From Mobula hypostoma (lineage: Eukaryota): a stretch of 64,000 bases of DNA. The position numbers and the translations under genes are program-made. Within the stretch, counting starts at the first letter, position 1, and each line of letters opens with the position of its first letter. Positions 12,732 through 23,963 of the stretch are shown piece by piece. The stretch spans positions 90,708,001-90,772,000 of the forward strand of contig NC_086097.1 in assembly GCF_963921235.1 (NCBI RefSeq). Reading direction: 5' to 3'. Under the pieces are notes generated by a model. The model searched no databases and had not been told where the DNA came from. It saw only the letters and a program-made list of their open reading frames with translations.

Positions 12732-14074
12732 TTTCCTGACCCCTCTCCCTGCTGGGACATCCGTGGACTCGTGCTCCTAGGGGCCCCCTGCCTTTCACAC
12801 TCCTGCCTGAAGTGCCCCTCTTCCCCACAGTTATAACACATGCCTCATCCTGCAGGAGCTCGGCCTCCCACGAGCCATTGTGCAGTCCGTCCCTTCAGGG
12901 AGGGACCCTCTCTGCTAGTCCCTTCACGTGGAGGAACCCCTCCTGCCACGACACCCTTTACTATCTCCCAGGTGGAGTTGACCCCAGTCACTTCACCACA
13001 GGGGGCTACAACTAATGATGCACCATACTCACGAAGCCCTCTTCCGACTCCCATGCGTCCTCCTCCTCCCTCACCTCCCTGAGCATCTGAACAAAAGACG
13101 GAGGGAGTCCGCGTTCTATGGGACTGCCGGAGACCCATGGTAATTATGTCATTCCTCTGTGCGTCCCTGGCTACCTGATCTATCCTTATCCAATCCACCT
13201 CAGTCTCCGAAATGACCCCTCAGCGCCTCAAACAATTTAGCCGTCGCTCTATCTGGAAAAGATACTCGGAAAGCTTTTCCCCTTTCTCCTGACACAGGTT
13301 CCAAAGCCCCCCTAAAGGCTCCACTGTGCTCCTTGTCAGACCAAAAGCCTCCTCTAATGCTTTTAGATACTCAGTAAGAGAAGCATAAGGCTGATTAACT
13401 TTCACGCCTGTTACTACCTCAGGTGCCACCCCCTTCAAACATTCAACCAATCGCTGTCACTTTTCTTCCTCAGAACACTGCCACTCGTCTAGAAGCTGAG
13501 ACACGTGCTCTATCCATGTCTAATAATCATCTTCCCCTTCGGGGGTGGGAGTCCTCCCTGAGAAAACTCTCAACTTCTGACGAGGACCTGTCGCCTTGTT
13601 CACCAGGGAGTTAATGGCTGAGGCCAACTCGGAGCCCTCACCCTTCCGTGGGGGATGGGGACTAATTAAATCTTCCAAATCTGACCACTCCCTTCCTTCA
13701 TCCCTCAGAAACAACAGGACTCGATCTCTAAAATCTCCGCCCACCCAACGTCAGGCAACTCCTCTGGTGTCCCATCAGGCCCTCCCTCCATGACAATGTG
13801 CACGCCCCACGGCCCTGCCTCACCGGGGTCACCGATAGATGCTGGCAGTCCCGCTGCTTGATATTAGCAGTAGTCTGAACCAACACAAAGCCGGCCTCCA
13901 CCTTTGTACCAAACTTTCTGGCTACAATTTCAACCTTACCTGTAGCTTTAACCGTACTCAACCATCGAATTAACACTTCCTCTGAGGTACGCACATCCAC
14001 CCCACTTATACGCAGGCATAATTAACTGGTACTTCCTCAATCTCACACCAGTGTTCAGTCTTATCTGGGTCCAT
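12713..14074 (-). pseudogene. gag with PNMA-like capsid and CCHC knuckle, disrupted
   Basis: RQKLRVFSG..TWIEHVSQLLDEW..EEEK*QRLVECLKG..YLKALEEAFG..QEKGEKLSEYL; CYNCGEEGHFRQEC near 12797-12838; stop at 12713-12715. Confidence 0.85.
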
Positions 14075-14123
14075 CCCCACTAATTTAAACCAGGCAAATT
14101 ACACGGTATCCGTCAAAATTCAA

Positions 14124-14141
14124 ATCCCGGATGAACCCCTA
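14124..14141 (-). promoter_or_regulatory. Primer-binding site, tRNA-Pro-like
   Basis: TAGGGGTTCATCCGGGAT versus canonical tRNA-Pro PBS TGGGGGCTCGTCCGGGAT (3 mismatches), 3 nt from the 5' LTR. Confidence 0.8.
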
Positions 14142-14144
14142 CTA

Positions 14145-14749
14145 TGTAGCGACTCCGCCGCACTTGACTCCCGTTCATCTAGGGTAAACTGGCGTTGACC
14201 CCACCAACTCTGTAATTGCATTAGTGGGGATACTGTGTCATTGCACCCCAGTACAAGGCTATGACATAAAATATCAGACAGCACACAATAGGCAAGTAAA
14301 TTATTACACTTTATAATTATTTCTTGGTGATGGGTTAGTAGAAACAAATAAAATAAAGGCACTAAATCAGTAAATTTTATCAATTCTGTACACAAATAAT
14401 TTGCTGGAGCTCACGAAATTGGGTATCCATTCCTCCCCTCAATCTCCTCCGAACTCCATTGACCCTCGACTGGGATCACTCCCAGTGATCTACCAGAGTG
14501 CTCGACTCACGTTTGACCTCTTCTCTTCTCCATGACGAAAAGCCCGCGCTTCTCCTCCAGTTCCAGCAGATACAGATAGAATAACATGACTTCCATTGGC
14601 TAGCAAATGAATACAAGTCCCGTTATCACTAATTATAACCCAAACATGCTGCTACAGAGAACCCCTTACTCAGCAGTTAACAGTACAGAGAAGCCATTTT
14701 GTCAGCTTTAACAATTAACATTACAATGAGCATTACTGAGAACCCCACA
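14145..14749 (-). repeat. 5' LTR of the Gypsy element
   Basis: Direct repeat of 8901-9494, adjacent to the PBS. Confidence 0.95.
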
Positions 14750-14825
14750 TAGACAAAGGAGGGTCAGTAGATATCGCTTTCTTGGATCTTGAGAAGGCCT
14801 TTGACAAGGTGCCACATATGAGGGG

Positions 14826-15262
14826 TAAGTCTTTTGCTCAGAGGATGGTAGATGCAAGTACATTAGAGGCTCTTAAGAAATGTTTAGACAGTCTCATGAA
14901 TATGAGGAAGATTGAGGGATGTGGACATTATAGCAGGTGTTGGTGGGAGTGATTAGTTTATGGGTTTTTTTTTCTGATTCATCACCAAATTATGGGCCAA
15001 AGGGCTTGTTCCTGTGCTGTACTGTTGGATGTTCTGTGTTTGTATCTTCTATTGAAATGTCCAGGTAGAGTGGATGTGAAGAAGGCGTTTTCTATAGTGG
15101 GAGAGTCTAGGACCAGAGGGCACAGCCTCAGAATAGATGGATGCCCATTCAGAACAGAGATGAGCAGGAATTTCTGTAGCCAAAGGGTGATATCTATGGA
15201 ATTCATTGCCACAGACAGCTGTGGAGGCCAAGTCATTGAGTATAAAAAGCAGAAGTTGATAG
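14826..15262 (+). mobile_element. CR1 3'-end fragments (the last resumes at about 16786-16925)
   Basis: GESRTRGHSLRIDGCPFRTEMSRNF motif and CR1 3' UTR hairpin sequence. Confidence 0.75.
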
Positions 15263-16785
15263 TATTACGGACCAGCAACAATAGATGTAGAATGGAGTCG
15301 GCGAATTAATGCAAAACAACTAAATTTATTAACATTTATGCAGAAATATGGAAAAGTAAACAAACAACTAACTTAAGCAGAAGTTAACGGCGTTGTGTGT
15401 CTATAGCTCCCAAACAGTCAAACTTAGAAACAGTTCTTAACAAAGTCTTACTCAAGCACAGTCTCAGAATGGCAGTTTAGGAAGTCAGGTGATTCAAGAA
15501 ATAAGTGAGAGGAGAGACTTGCATATTCCCGACGCAATGAAGAGGCGATCTTGGTGTTCACAATACAGCGGAGAAGCGATCTTGAAGAAACAGTTACCGG
15601 AGTTTGCAGCCGCGGAGTACCTTTTTCAAAGAGTCCAAGAGAGTGAGATTTCACAGAGTAACTGACAGGGAATGTCTCTTTCGCCGAAATGGTCACCACA
15701 CAACACCCGAAACCATGTAGGGGTTAACCAAAAGAGTGTGCCACAATCCACGTATGGATTCTACAAAATGTCAGTCACATTCAAAATGTGCTGCCAGCCA
15801 ACCCAATCCTTTGGGTTCAATCGAAGCCTGCAATCTTCACTCTCACCCTCTCTTCCCGTCGATTCCTTAACAGCTCCTTACCGAGCGACTCCCTGATGAG
15901 CGACTGACTCACTAAGTGACTGTGACTATTTTTGTACTGTTGGGAATATGTCATCACGTGATCTCACAGAAACAAAGTCAGGGATTCCCAGTAAACCACG
16001 TGGCGCCCCCAGGAATCGAAAATACAAGCTTCCAGCAAAACAAGACTATAGATACATCATACTTAGTAAATGAAACTAATATCATGTGACAAGGAGGAGG
16101 AGGAGAAGATGGCGGCATGACGCAGTGCGCGCGGCCTCTCCGGTAAATGATATCTGTAATCTGTCAAGTAGGGGACCATGCACAATTATGATTTGATGGA
16201 GACAGACGTGACAGTATGGAGGAACATCTGGAGAAACTTCTGAAATGCCCACTTTGCTGCCGCTGCTACTATGTGGTAACCGGAATCTACGGAGCAGAAG
16301 GCCCCGAATCCTTGGCTTTGCTTGTTTTGCTGGCCAGGGTGAGGTCGAAGGTGCTGTGTCAGAGGGGTTGGTCGGAGGCTCGAAGCTTTCGGATGGACGG
16401 ACTCGGTGTCGGCTGTGGTCAGTTGCTTCCAAGGCACTGGCAGTCGTAGGTGCCTTGGAGGTTTATGGCAGGGAGTTTCTCCCTTTTGCCACCTGCTATC
16501 GGGGACTCAGGAGTCGATCGGGACTTGAGACTTTTTTTTACCGTGCCCATGGTCTGTTCTTTATCAAATTATGGTATTGTTTTGCACTGCTGTAACTACA
16601 TGTTATAATTATGTGGTTCTGTCAGTGTCAGTCTTTGGTTTGTCCTGTTTTCTGTGATATCACTCCGGAGAAACATTGTATCATTTCTTAATACATGTAT
16701 GCATTTCTAAATGACAATAAAAGAGGACTGAGTGTTCTCATAATCAAAAAAAAAACACAGGAATCGAAACTGGAGACCCGTATCA
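15263..16785 (-). mobile_element. Probable solo LTR containing the 16092-16755 insertion
   Basis: Terminal inverted repeat TATTACGGACC / GACCCGTATCA; near-TSD ATAG/GTAG; flanks rejoin as CR1 (GTTGATAG|GTTCTTGA). Confidence 0.6.
16092..16755 (+). mobile_element. ~0.67-kb non-coding non-autonomous retroposon, copy 1
   Basis: Starts (AGG)n-AGAAGATGGCGGC; ends AATAAA, GAGGAC/GTTCTC stem and A-tail; homologous to 30700-31372 and 35962-36650. Confidence 0.85.
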
Positions 16786-17630
16786 GTAGGTTCTTGACTA
16801 GTCAGGCTGTCAAGGGTTACAGAGAGAAGGCATGTGAATGAAGTTGAGAGGAACAATAAGTCAGCCCTGATGGAGTAGCAGAATGGACTCAATGGGCCGA
16901 GTGGCCTAGTTCTGCTCCTGTGAGTTATTTATGGTTTGTTCCCCTTAGAGGAGAGTTGGTCAAGACTTAACAGAGGACTTTAGGACTTACTAGAGTAAAT
17001 AAGCAGAAACTAATGAGTTATTAATGAGACTATAAGAGGATATTCTTAAAATGAAATGAGTATAGGATTCTTTTCTCTCTGTAGCTTTCTGGCAGGGGTT
17101 GAAACCTGAACAGACAAAACCTGTAAAGGATGGTGTGATGCTCTTAACGGCTTCATGGGCTGGTTAACCAAGGCTTGTAAATTGTATCATGTTCTCAGCT
17201 TGGACACCTCTGGCCGTGTTTTTTTTTGCAAGCAGCTCCTATTACGGCACTTTGAGCAGTAACTGGGCACTCAGTGTACTCAATTACTGCTTGTCCAACA
17301 CAGTGCTTTATAATATATTGCCAGCACTTAAGGACAGTTGCAACAATGATGTGAAGTGGATGTTGAAGGTCAAATCTGGAGCTTTCAAGACCGAAGCTGC
17401 CAAGTTTCACTTCAGGAAGGGGTTTGCAGGAGTAATGTCTATGCAAAAATGGAGCTGAGCTGCAGCAGTTTAGCAGTAACTGGATGGTACTTTAGTGTCC
17501 ATAGTGTCCTCAGATTCCAGCTTCCTCCCATCAGGAGTATCCATTAATGACACGCACTTGGAATCATTAGAAGGTTGTGTTGAAATTTGAAATTAAAACT
17601 TCCACACATTTCTGGTTTATCAAGGAATAC

Positions 17631-18445
17631 TGTGACGGGGTCCTGAATTACCCCTATGAACTGTGCTTTTGAAAAGAGAGAGAGAGAGAGTTATTTAACA
17701 CCAACAGCTTGTTTTTAAAAAAGAGAGCGAGATGAAGACTGCTCACGGGTTGTTTATACTTTCCTCAAGGACATTGCCTGCTGGCATTTCTTACACAGAG
17801 AGAGGAGGGAGGAGTTATTTGAATGACAGCTGATATCCAGTACGGTGAGATAAATAGGAGGTCAGATGATATAGAACTCAGACACATGTTTTGGACACTG
17901 AATGAGCTTTGTTGTGCCCGCAGAAAAAGTGGGTTTTTGGAGGATCAATCAGGCAGATCGATCAGTCGTTCTTGCAGTGAAAAGGAAAGGTGTTGACTGG
18001 TGGGGAGTTGTCCATGTGTCCACCCTCGCCTGGGTGATAGCTCCACCACAGAAAACTGGCCCCCTTTGTTGTGGTCACAGATGGTGACTTTTAAAGGATT
18101 TCAAAGGACAACGAGAAGATCGACGGCATCAGTTCACCTGAAGACTCAAATCTCTCCCTCTCTCTCTCCATCACTACTCAACTCGATACCATGAACTGAA
18201 CTGAACTGAACTTTACTCATCATCGTAAGACTGTATCTTTTTACCCCTAGACTTGAAGAAGCTTGATTTTCATGTATATTCCACACTTACTTTTATATAA
18301 TCATTGCTAACCTGTTTGATTTATCTACATTTATATTACTGTTTTGCGTAGTTACTAATAAATATTATTAGTTAATAACAATACTGGACTTCAAAGTGCT
18401 TTCTATTTCTGCTGGTTCTTTATTCCTATCACGGGGTACGTGACA
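17631..18445 (+). mobile_element. Solo LTR (815 bp)
   Basis: TGTGACG...CGTGACA ends; 4-bp TSD ATAC (17627-17630, 18446-18449); AATAAA near the 3' end; related to 44060-44890. Confidence 0.9.
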
Positions 18446-20378
18446 ATACGTTCAGAAGAGCTGATTTTAGAAAGCTGTTCCTTTGGGCTGGAGAAAAAAA
18501 GTAGTTATTGTACAACTTCTCCTTGGCACATTGGTCACTTTACATTCATTGACCAACATTTTTAAAGCAGGTGACGTAATCATTTTGCCATTGCTACTTG
18601 TGAAACCTTGTCCCTCAGTGGGAAATTAACTGGAGCAGCTAAGTCGATGCCATGACTGCAAAGGACTAATCAAAAGCTGTGTTTCAGCACTCGGCTTCTG
18701 CCTCTAAAAACCTGTCTAATGCCTGGCACTGTCAGAAATACGGTTTACTTTCTGTTTAAGTAGATGAGTATACCCGCAACCTTGTTCAAGAAATTTAATA
18801 TCGTAATGAAGAAAGTAGTCTCTTGTTTGCAGCTCCACTCGCTATTATAATGTCCACCTCTTGCACTATGGACGGACTGTGACTGGAACATTTTTGTTGG
18901 AAGCACTTCATATCCAAGTGTCTTCAACAGTATTCGCCCCCCCCACCGCCCCAAAACTATGACCACATAGAAGGTCAAATTGCCCTCCAAGACATATCTA
19001 GCCTGCCCTAATATATCACTGTTTGGTTTGAACTTCAGAACACCCCACCCAATCCCTCTTCAGGGTAAGAGTCAGGAAGAAGACCTACTCACAAGATGGG
19101 CAATGGCAGACATATTTACCTAAATATTAAGATTTTTGTTACATCAGAAGGAAATTTCAAAATTTTCACAACTGCAATGATTAACACCATGTTGGCATGA
19201 AATACAGTAAGAATTCCAAGATAATAGAGCTTAAGTGTCTAATTTACTCTTTGGGTATTTTCAGACAGAAAGTGTCAAATATTAGAATGCCTTCTAAAAT
19301 CTGAGCACAGAGCATTCTGAATGCTGACAGCTTATTTAAACTATAAACCAGTGATTATCAAAGCCCATCGCACTGCCCAAGGCTTTTCTCTAATTGGGGT
19401 CAGAAATGGTCAAGGGAAACTTCGCACTCTAACAGCAATGCAGGCAGAATTTAATTTTAACGTTTCAATAATATTGTATTAAAATTCACCAAGTTTTGCA
19501 TCTTCGACTAATAGAGAGATAACTCTCGATCTTCTCTGGCCCCATTATTAATGAATGAATAGAAGCAATGGGACCATGATTATTAATTCTGTTTCATTTA
19601 ATGTTGCTTCTCTATTGGGTCATATCACAGTAGGAAATTCAAAAGAAACATATCAATTATAATGAAGATATTTAAAAGGGTGAAGAAGGTTGGTGCAAAG
19701 AGTAAGTGCATAGATTCACAGTGGACAGCAAAGGAACTGAAAAGTGCTTTTATGTTCATCATAGAGGTAACAGGCGATTGGTTAAAGGGAGAGACAGACC
19801 TAATGAAGAAGCATAAAGGAAATCCACTTCTGGAAGTAGATGGCTTAGATGAATTTCCAAATGTATTTTGTGCATTTTTGTTGCCATTAGTTTACTGATA
19901 GAGCAACCAGTGGGAATGTTGGAAGAGTAAAGAGAATGGATACAAAAGGACTGCAAAAAAAACCTCAGCAGGTACAATGCATCCTAGATTGTCAATGATA
20001 AGTAAAGGTGGAAATCATTAAATTCTACTTAGATATTAGAGTGGTGCCATCGGACAGGAGGACTGCAAATTCACAAAGGTGGAAAGAGGTAAATTACCAA
20101 CTATAGACCAGCCAGCCTAGTGCCAGTGGTGAGAAAAGTATCAAGGATATTAATCTGGAAAGAAATTACTGGATGGTAGGATGGATTAACATAGATTTGA
20201 TAGGGGAGAATCATGTCTTAGTCGCTTGTTCTTCGGTAAAGAAATGGAGAAGGTAAATAAAGAAAACTGATTTGTATATGGACATTTTGATAATATGTCA
20301 CATGTAGGCACCTCAGATATATCAAGTAAATCTTAAAAATTCTCCAAGAGGGTGTACTATTTTATTTCAATGTTGCAG

Positions 20379-20632
20379 AGCGGCCAGAGTATTACCAGCA
20401 GAATGCAAAATGCTGTTGCAATCTCGCCGGATTTTGGAGTCCGAGCATGAGTCGAGACCCAGGTTCTGGGTCCTTGTCCAGTCTCTGGCTCAGAGTCCAT
20501 GCCCAGCGGCCAGAGTATTACCAGCAGAATGCAACATGCTGTTGCAATCTCGCCGGATTTTGGAGTCCGAGCATGAGTCGAGACCCAGGTTCTGGGTCCT
20601 TGTCCAGTCTCTGGCTCAGAGTCCATGCCCAG
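20379..20632. repeat. 126-bp tandem duplication (2 copies, 1 mismatch)
   Basis: CGGCCAGAGT at 20381 and 20507; copies differ only at GCAAAA/GCAACA. Confidence 0.95.
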
Positions 20633-20807
20633 GCTCCTTGTTCACAGTCCCTTGTCCTGGTCCTGCTTCCCTAGCCTAGTCTGTGTTCCTATCCCTACTC
20701 CTAGTCTGCGTCCTGTCCCGTCATTTAGTTTTGTCTGTTCCTGTTCCTAGTACTTCAGTGTCTGTGTCTTGCATTTGGGTCCGTTCCCAACGCCCCCCAC
20801 TATGACA
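20437..20807 (+). mobile_element. Terminal part of an LTR, same family as 57778-60724
   Basis: GTTCCTAGTACTTCAGTGTCTGTGTC..GGGTCC..TATGACA and GACCCAGGTTCTGGGTCC match the reverse complement of 57778-57990. Confidence 0.8.
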
Positions 20808-22074
20808 GACTGACCTTTTGGAGATATATTAATGACTTGGCAGTAAGGTGCATGATTTCAAAGTTTGCACATGGCCTAAATCCTGAGGTACTAGCATATA
20901 TTAGGTTAGTATTGACATACTGGGCAAATGAAAAGATGCATGCCAGGCATAATTTAGGGTAGGCAGATGAAAGATGGTTCATTTGATAGGATGAATGTAG
21001 AAAGGCAATGAGGCAAATCTTCCAAAGCCCTTTTGTGGGGCTTTCCTTCATTGACACTTGCTGTGTTGGCTTACCCTGCTCACCCACCTGTCCTGTCAAT
21101 GCCATTGACCTTGTAGTTCCTCTCCAGACACAACAGCATACCCCTGTCTCATAAACTCCTAATATTTAAGAGTTTTGCCCCTGAAATATCAAGGTCAGAA
21201 CCAGTGTCCAGAGATCAGAGGCAGGAAATTTGGCTGTTTACTCCCCTCCTTAACAGAAGCAGCTCTGCTCTTTAAAATGCCAGTGGTCAGCTCAATTAAT
21301 AGAGGCTTCCTGGATTTCAAGGTCACTCAGGACAGGCCTCACCAGGTGACATGCATTCGGAATGGGAGTTACCATTATCAGGGCAATTTCAGTATAGGAC
21401 CTCCCTAGAAAAGACTGCACCTGGATTCCCTAGGATGTTCTAAAGATCAGATCGGGCAAAACACCAGCCATCGGAAGCTTTGTCCATTGTGAACGAAAAG
21501 GTATATGCTTAAGGATGAAGATAGATGCTGGCATAGGCAGCAGTACATAAAGGTGTAAAAGGGCATCATGGGTCTGGGAGCTGCAGCATTTTCCGAGGGC
21601 TAACTCCAGTCAGTTCTATGATCAAGGTAGCCCTCGTTAGCCTTACCTGCGGCAAGAACACATTTACTTGATGCTGCATTCCGAGGTTCAGTGGGTTATA
21701 TTGTGAAAGCAGTTTGATGGCCTTCGAATGAGAGAATTGATCAAATGTAACATTTTCTGCTATGAGTATCCTTGAGGCTCTGTGCTAAGTATCAAAAAAC
21801 ACAGGCTGTGAGCTGAAGGAAATATGGAGAGAACTGATGTGTATTGGTTGAAATTTATTCCCTGTTCTCCGGTGGGTAACCAGTCCTCAGTCTTTAAGCA
21901 TATCATCTTTAAAACTACATACTTTAATTTAGTTGTGTAATATCTTCTTTAAGTATTCCTGGAAATCCAAATACATCTCATCAACTAGTTTGTTCAATAA
22001 TTCTGATGTTTGCATCAAAAATTCTAACATATCTGTCAAATATCACCTCCCTTTCGTAACCCTATATTGACTCT

Positions 22075-23096
22075 AGTCCTGGGTATGACTCTAAACTGAA
22101 ACTGGTGATGAGGCTCTGGTTGGGGAGTTTCAGAGCTTTGGGGAAAGTGGAGTTACCCCTTAGTCATTCATTGCCCCCAGGGCCACTCTGACCCGGAACG
22201 GTAGCACCTGCAAGGGTTCCTGCTCAGGATACGAGCGAAGGCCAATTCAGATCCGGCAGGTTCAATAACTAAACTTATGACAGAGATGGCGGATGAGTTA
22301 GGACCTCAAATGTCAATGGCTATAGTACAGGTAGATGAACTTTTGGGAAGAGAAATGGTGATTTCTTTAGTTTGCCCAACAGTAGGCAATAGCAAACCAC
22401 CGTTGCTAGATACTAGGTTTCCTAGAATCTACTGGCTAAGAAAACCATGGTAAAACTCACAAAATGTATCACACAACAACAGTGTCAAGAGGATCTTCAA
22501 GACAATTTTGAAGATGCTTCGCTCAGTAGGGTTGATTCTGGTCTGCAGGGGATCCCCGAATGTCATCAAGACTAACATCATGGGAATTTGCGAAGTTCGT
22601 TGGAGAGGTGCTGGAACATGTCAGAATAGAATTAAAACACTAATTTATTCTTGTGGAACATCCCATACTAATGGAGTAGGAATTCTTATGGATGAAAACA
22701 TGGCAAAAAGTGCTTTAGGACATTGGGCAATATCAGAAAGAGTGCTCCTTGTTAGATTCAGAAGACAACCATTTGATTTAGCAATTATACAGATATATGC
22801 ACCAATAAACAGATGGAACAAATGAGGATATAGATAAATTCTGTGAAGAGCTTGAGCAAACAAAGAATGGATGCAAATTTCAAGATGTTGTTATTGTCAT
22901 GGGAGATCTAAATGCTAAAGTAGGACAAGGTGCTGATGGAAATACCATAGGAAAATTTGGGCTAGGGGAAAGAAATGAAAGAGGTGAGAAATGGGTAGAA
23001 TGGTGCAAGATGAATAATCAGGTCATTATGAATACCCACTTTAAAAACCATCCAAGATGCTTGTGGACCTGGAAAAGTCCAGGTGATAACACTAGA
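22075..23096 (+). mobile_element. RTE-clade LINE 5' part: leader plus APE endonuclease, disrupted
   Basis: IMGICEVRWRGAG, NGVGIL, ISERVL, IIQIYAP, MGDLNAKVG, GKFGLGERNERGE, NTHFK..WTWKSPG. Confidence 0.85.
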
Positions 23097-23149
23097 GGTG
23101 GTGAAGATGGTATTTGGCAGTTCTGTCTTCATTAGACAAGGCGCTGACT

Positions 23150-23335
23150 GCAAGAGCCAGGATAACAAGTAAAATGCTGGAGGAACTCACTGGGTCTATA
23201 GAGGAAAATGGACAGTTGGCATTTTGGATTGAAAACTTTGATCCTGACATTTCCCTCCACAGATGCTGCATGACCTGCTGAGTTCCTCTGGCATCTTGTC
23301 TATTGCTCCAGATTGCAGTAACCAGTATCTTATGT
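23150..23335. mobile_element. Palindromic pair of Penelope termini, central core largely deleted
   Basis: AAATGCTGGAGGAACTCA ... TGAGTTCCTCTGGCATCTT inverted arms. Confidence 0.7.
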
Positions 23336-23689
23336 CTACAAGGGTGGGGATGACATTTTACAGCTGTACGAGATGTTGGTCAGTCTGCAGCTGAATTATT
23401 TTGCACAGCTCTGGTTGCCATATTAGCAGAAGGATATAATTAAGCTAGAGGGTGCAGAAAAGATTCATAGCAATATTGCTGGGATGGGAGGGATTGAGTT
23501 ATGAGGAGAGACTGAATAGGCTGGGACTGTGCTCCCTGGAGTAAAGGAGGCTGAGGGGCGAACGTATAGATGTTTATAAAGCCATGAAATGGTTAGATAA
23601 GGCAGATGATCACAGCCTTTTTGTAATCAGCTCTTTGGGCCTGAGAGTGTTGGGCTCCGAGATTTTTAGAGCACCTGAAATGGTTAATT

Positions 23690-23926
23690 CACAAACATGA
23701 GAAAACCTGCTGGTGCTGGAAATATAAAGCATCATACACAATATACTGGAGGAACTCAGCAGTCCAGAGACCATCTATGGAAAAGAATAAACGGTTGATG
23801 TTTCAGGCCAAGACCATTCTTTAGTCCTGAAGAAGGGTCTCGTTCTGAAGCATTGACTTTTTATACTTTTCCATAGATGCTACCAGCCTTGCTGAGTTCC
23901 TCCAGCATTTTGTGTGTGTTGCTTTG
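23690..23926. mobile_element. Palindromic Penelope-terminus mini-element with TSD
   Basis: Inverted arms around 23820; 11-bp TSD AATGGTTAATT at 23679-23689 and 23927-23937; hammerhead-like core at 23822-23859. Confidence 0.9.
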
Positions 23927-23963
23927 AATGGTTAATTGTTTAATAAGAGTTGTTAACTGTGGA

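Larger units (their letters stand above)
8901..14749 (-). mobile_element. Ty3/Gypsy LTR retrotransposon with PNMA-like gag; degenerate, integrase partly deleted
   Basis: Two ~600-bp TG...CA LTRs; 4-bp TSD TAGA (8897-8900, 14750-14753); PBS, PPT; gag-PR-RT-RH-IN order. Confidence 0.95.
8085..14825 (+). mobile_element. CR1 ORF2 fragment (8085-8900 plus 14754-14825) interrupted by two LTR insertions
   Basis: Rejoining across the Gypsy restores a CR1 RT segment (NLLEFFE..GKID-KGGSVDIAFLDLEKAFDKVPH). Confidence 0.8.

Noticed and set aside
20379..20510. Retrotransposed circRNA back-splice junction as the origin of the duplication
   Set aside because: No GT donor at the unit end; AG microhomology is sufficient.
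22180..22245. Canonical HDV-like ribozyme (GCGAA followed by GGCC)
   Set aside because: Could not place P1, P1.1 or P3/L3; kept only as an unclassified structured leader.
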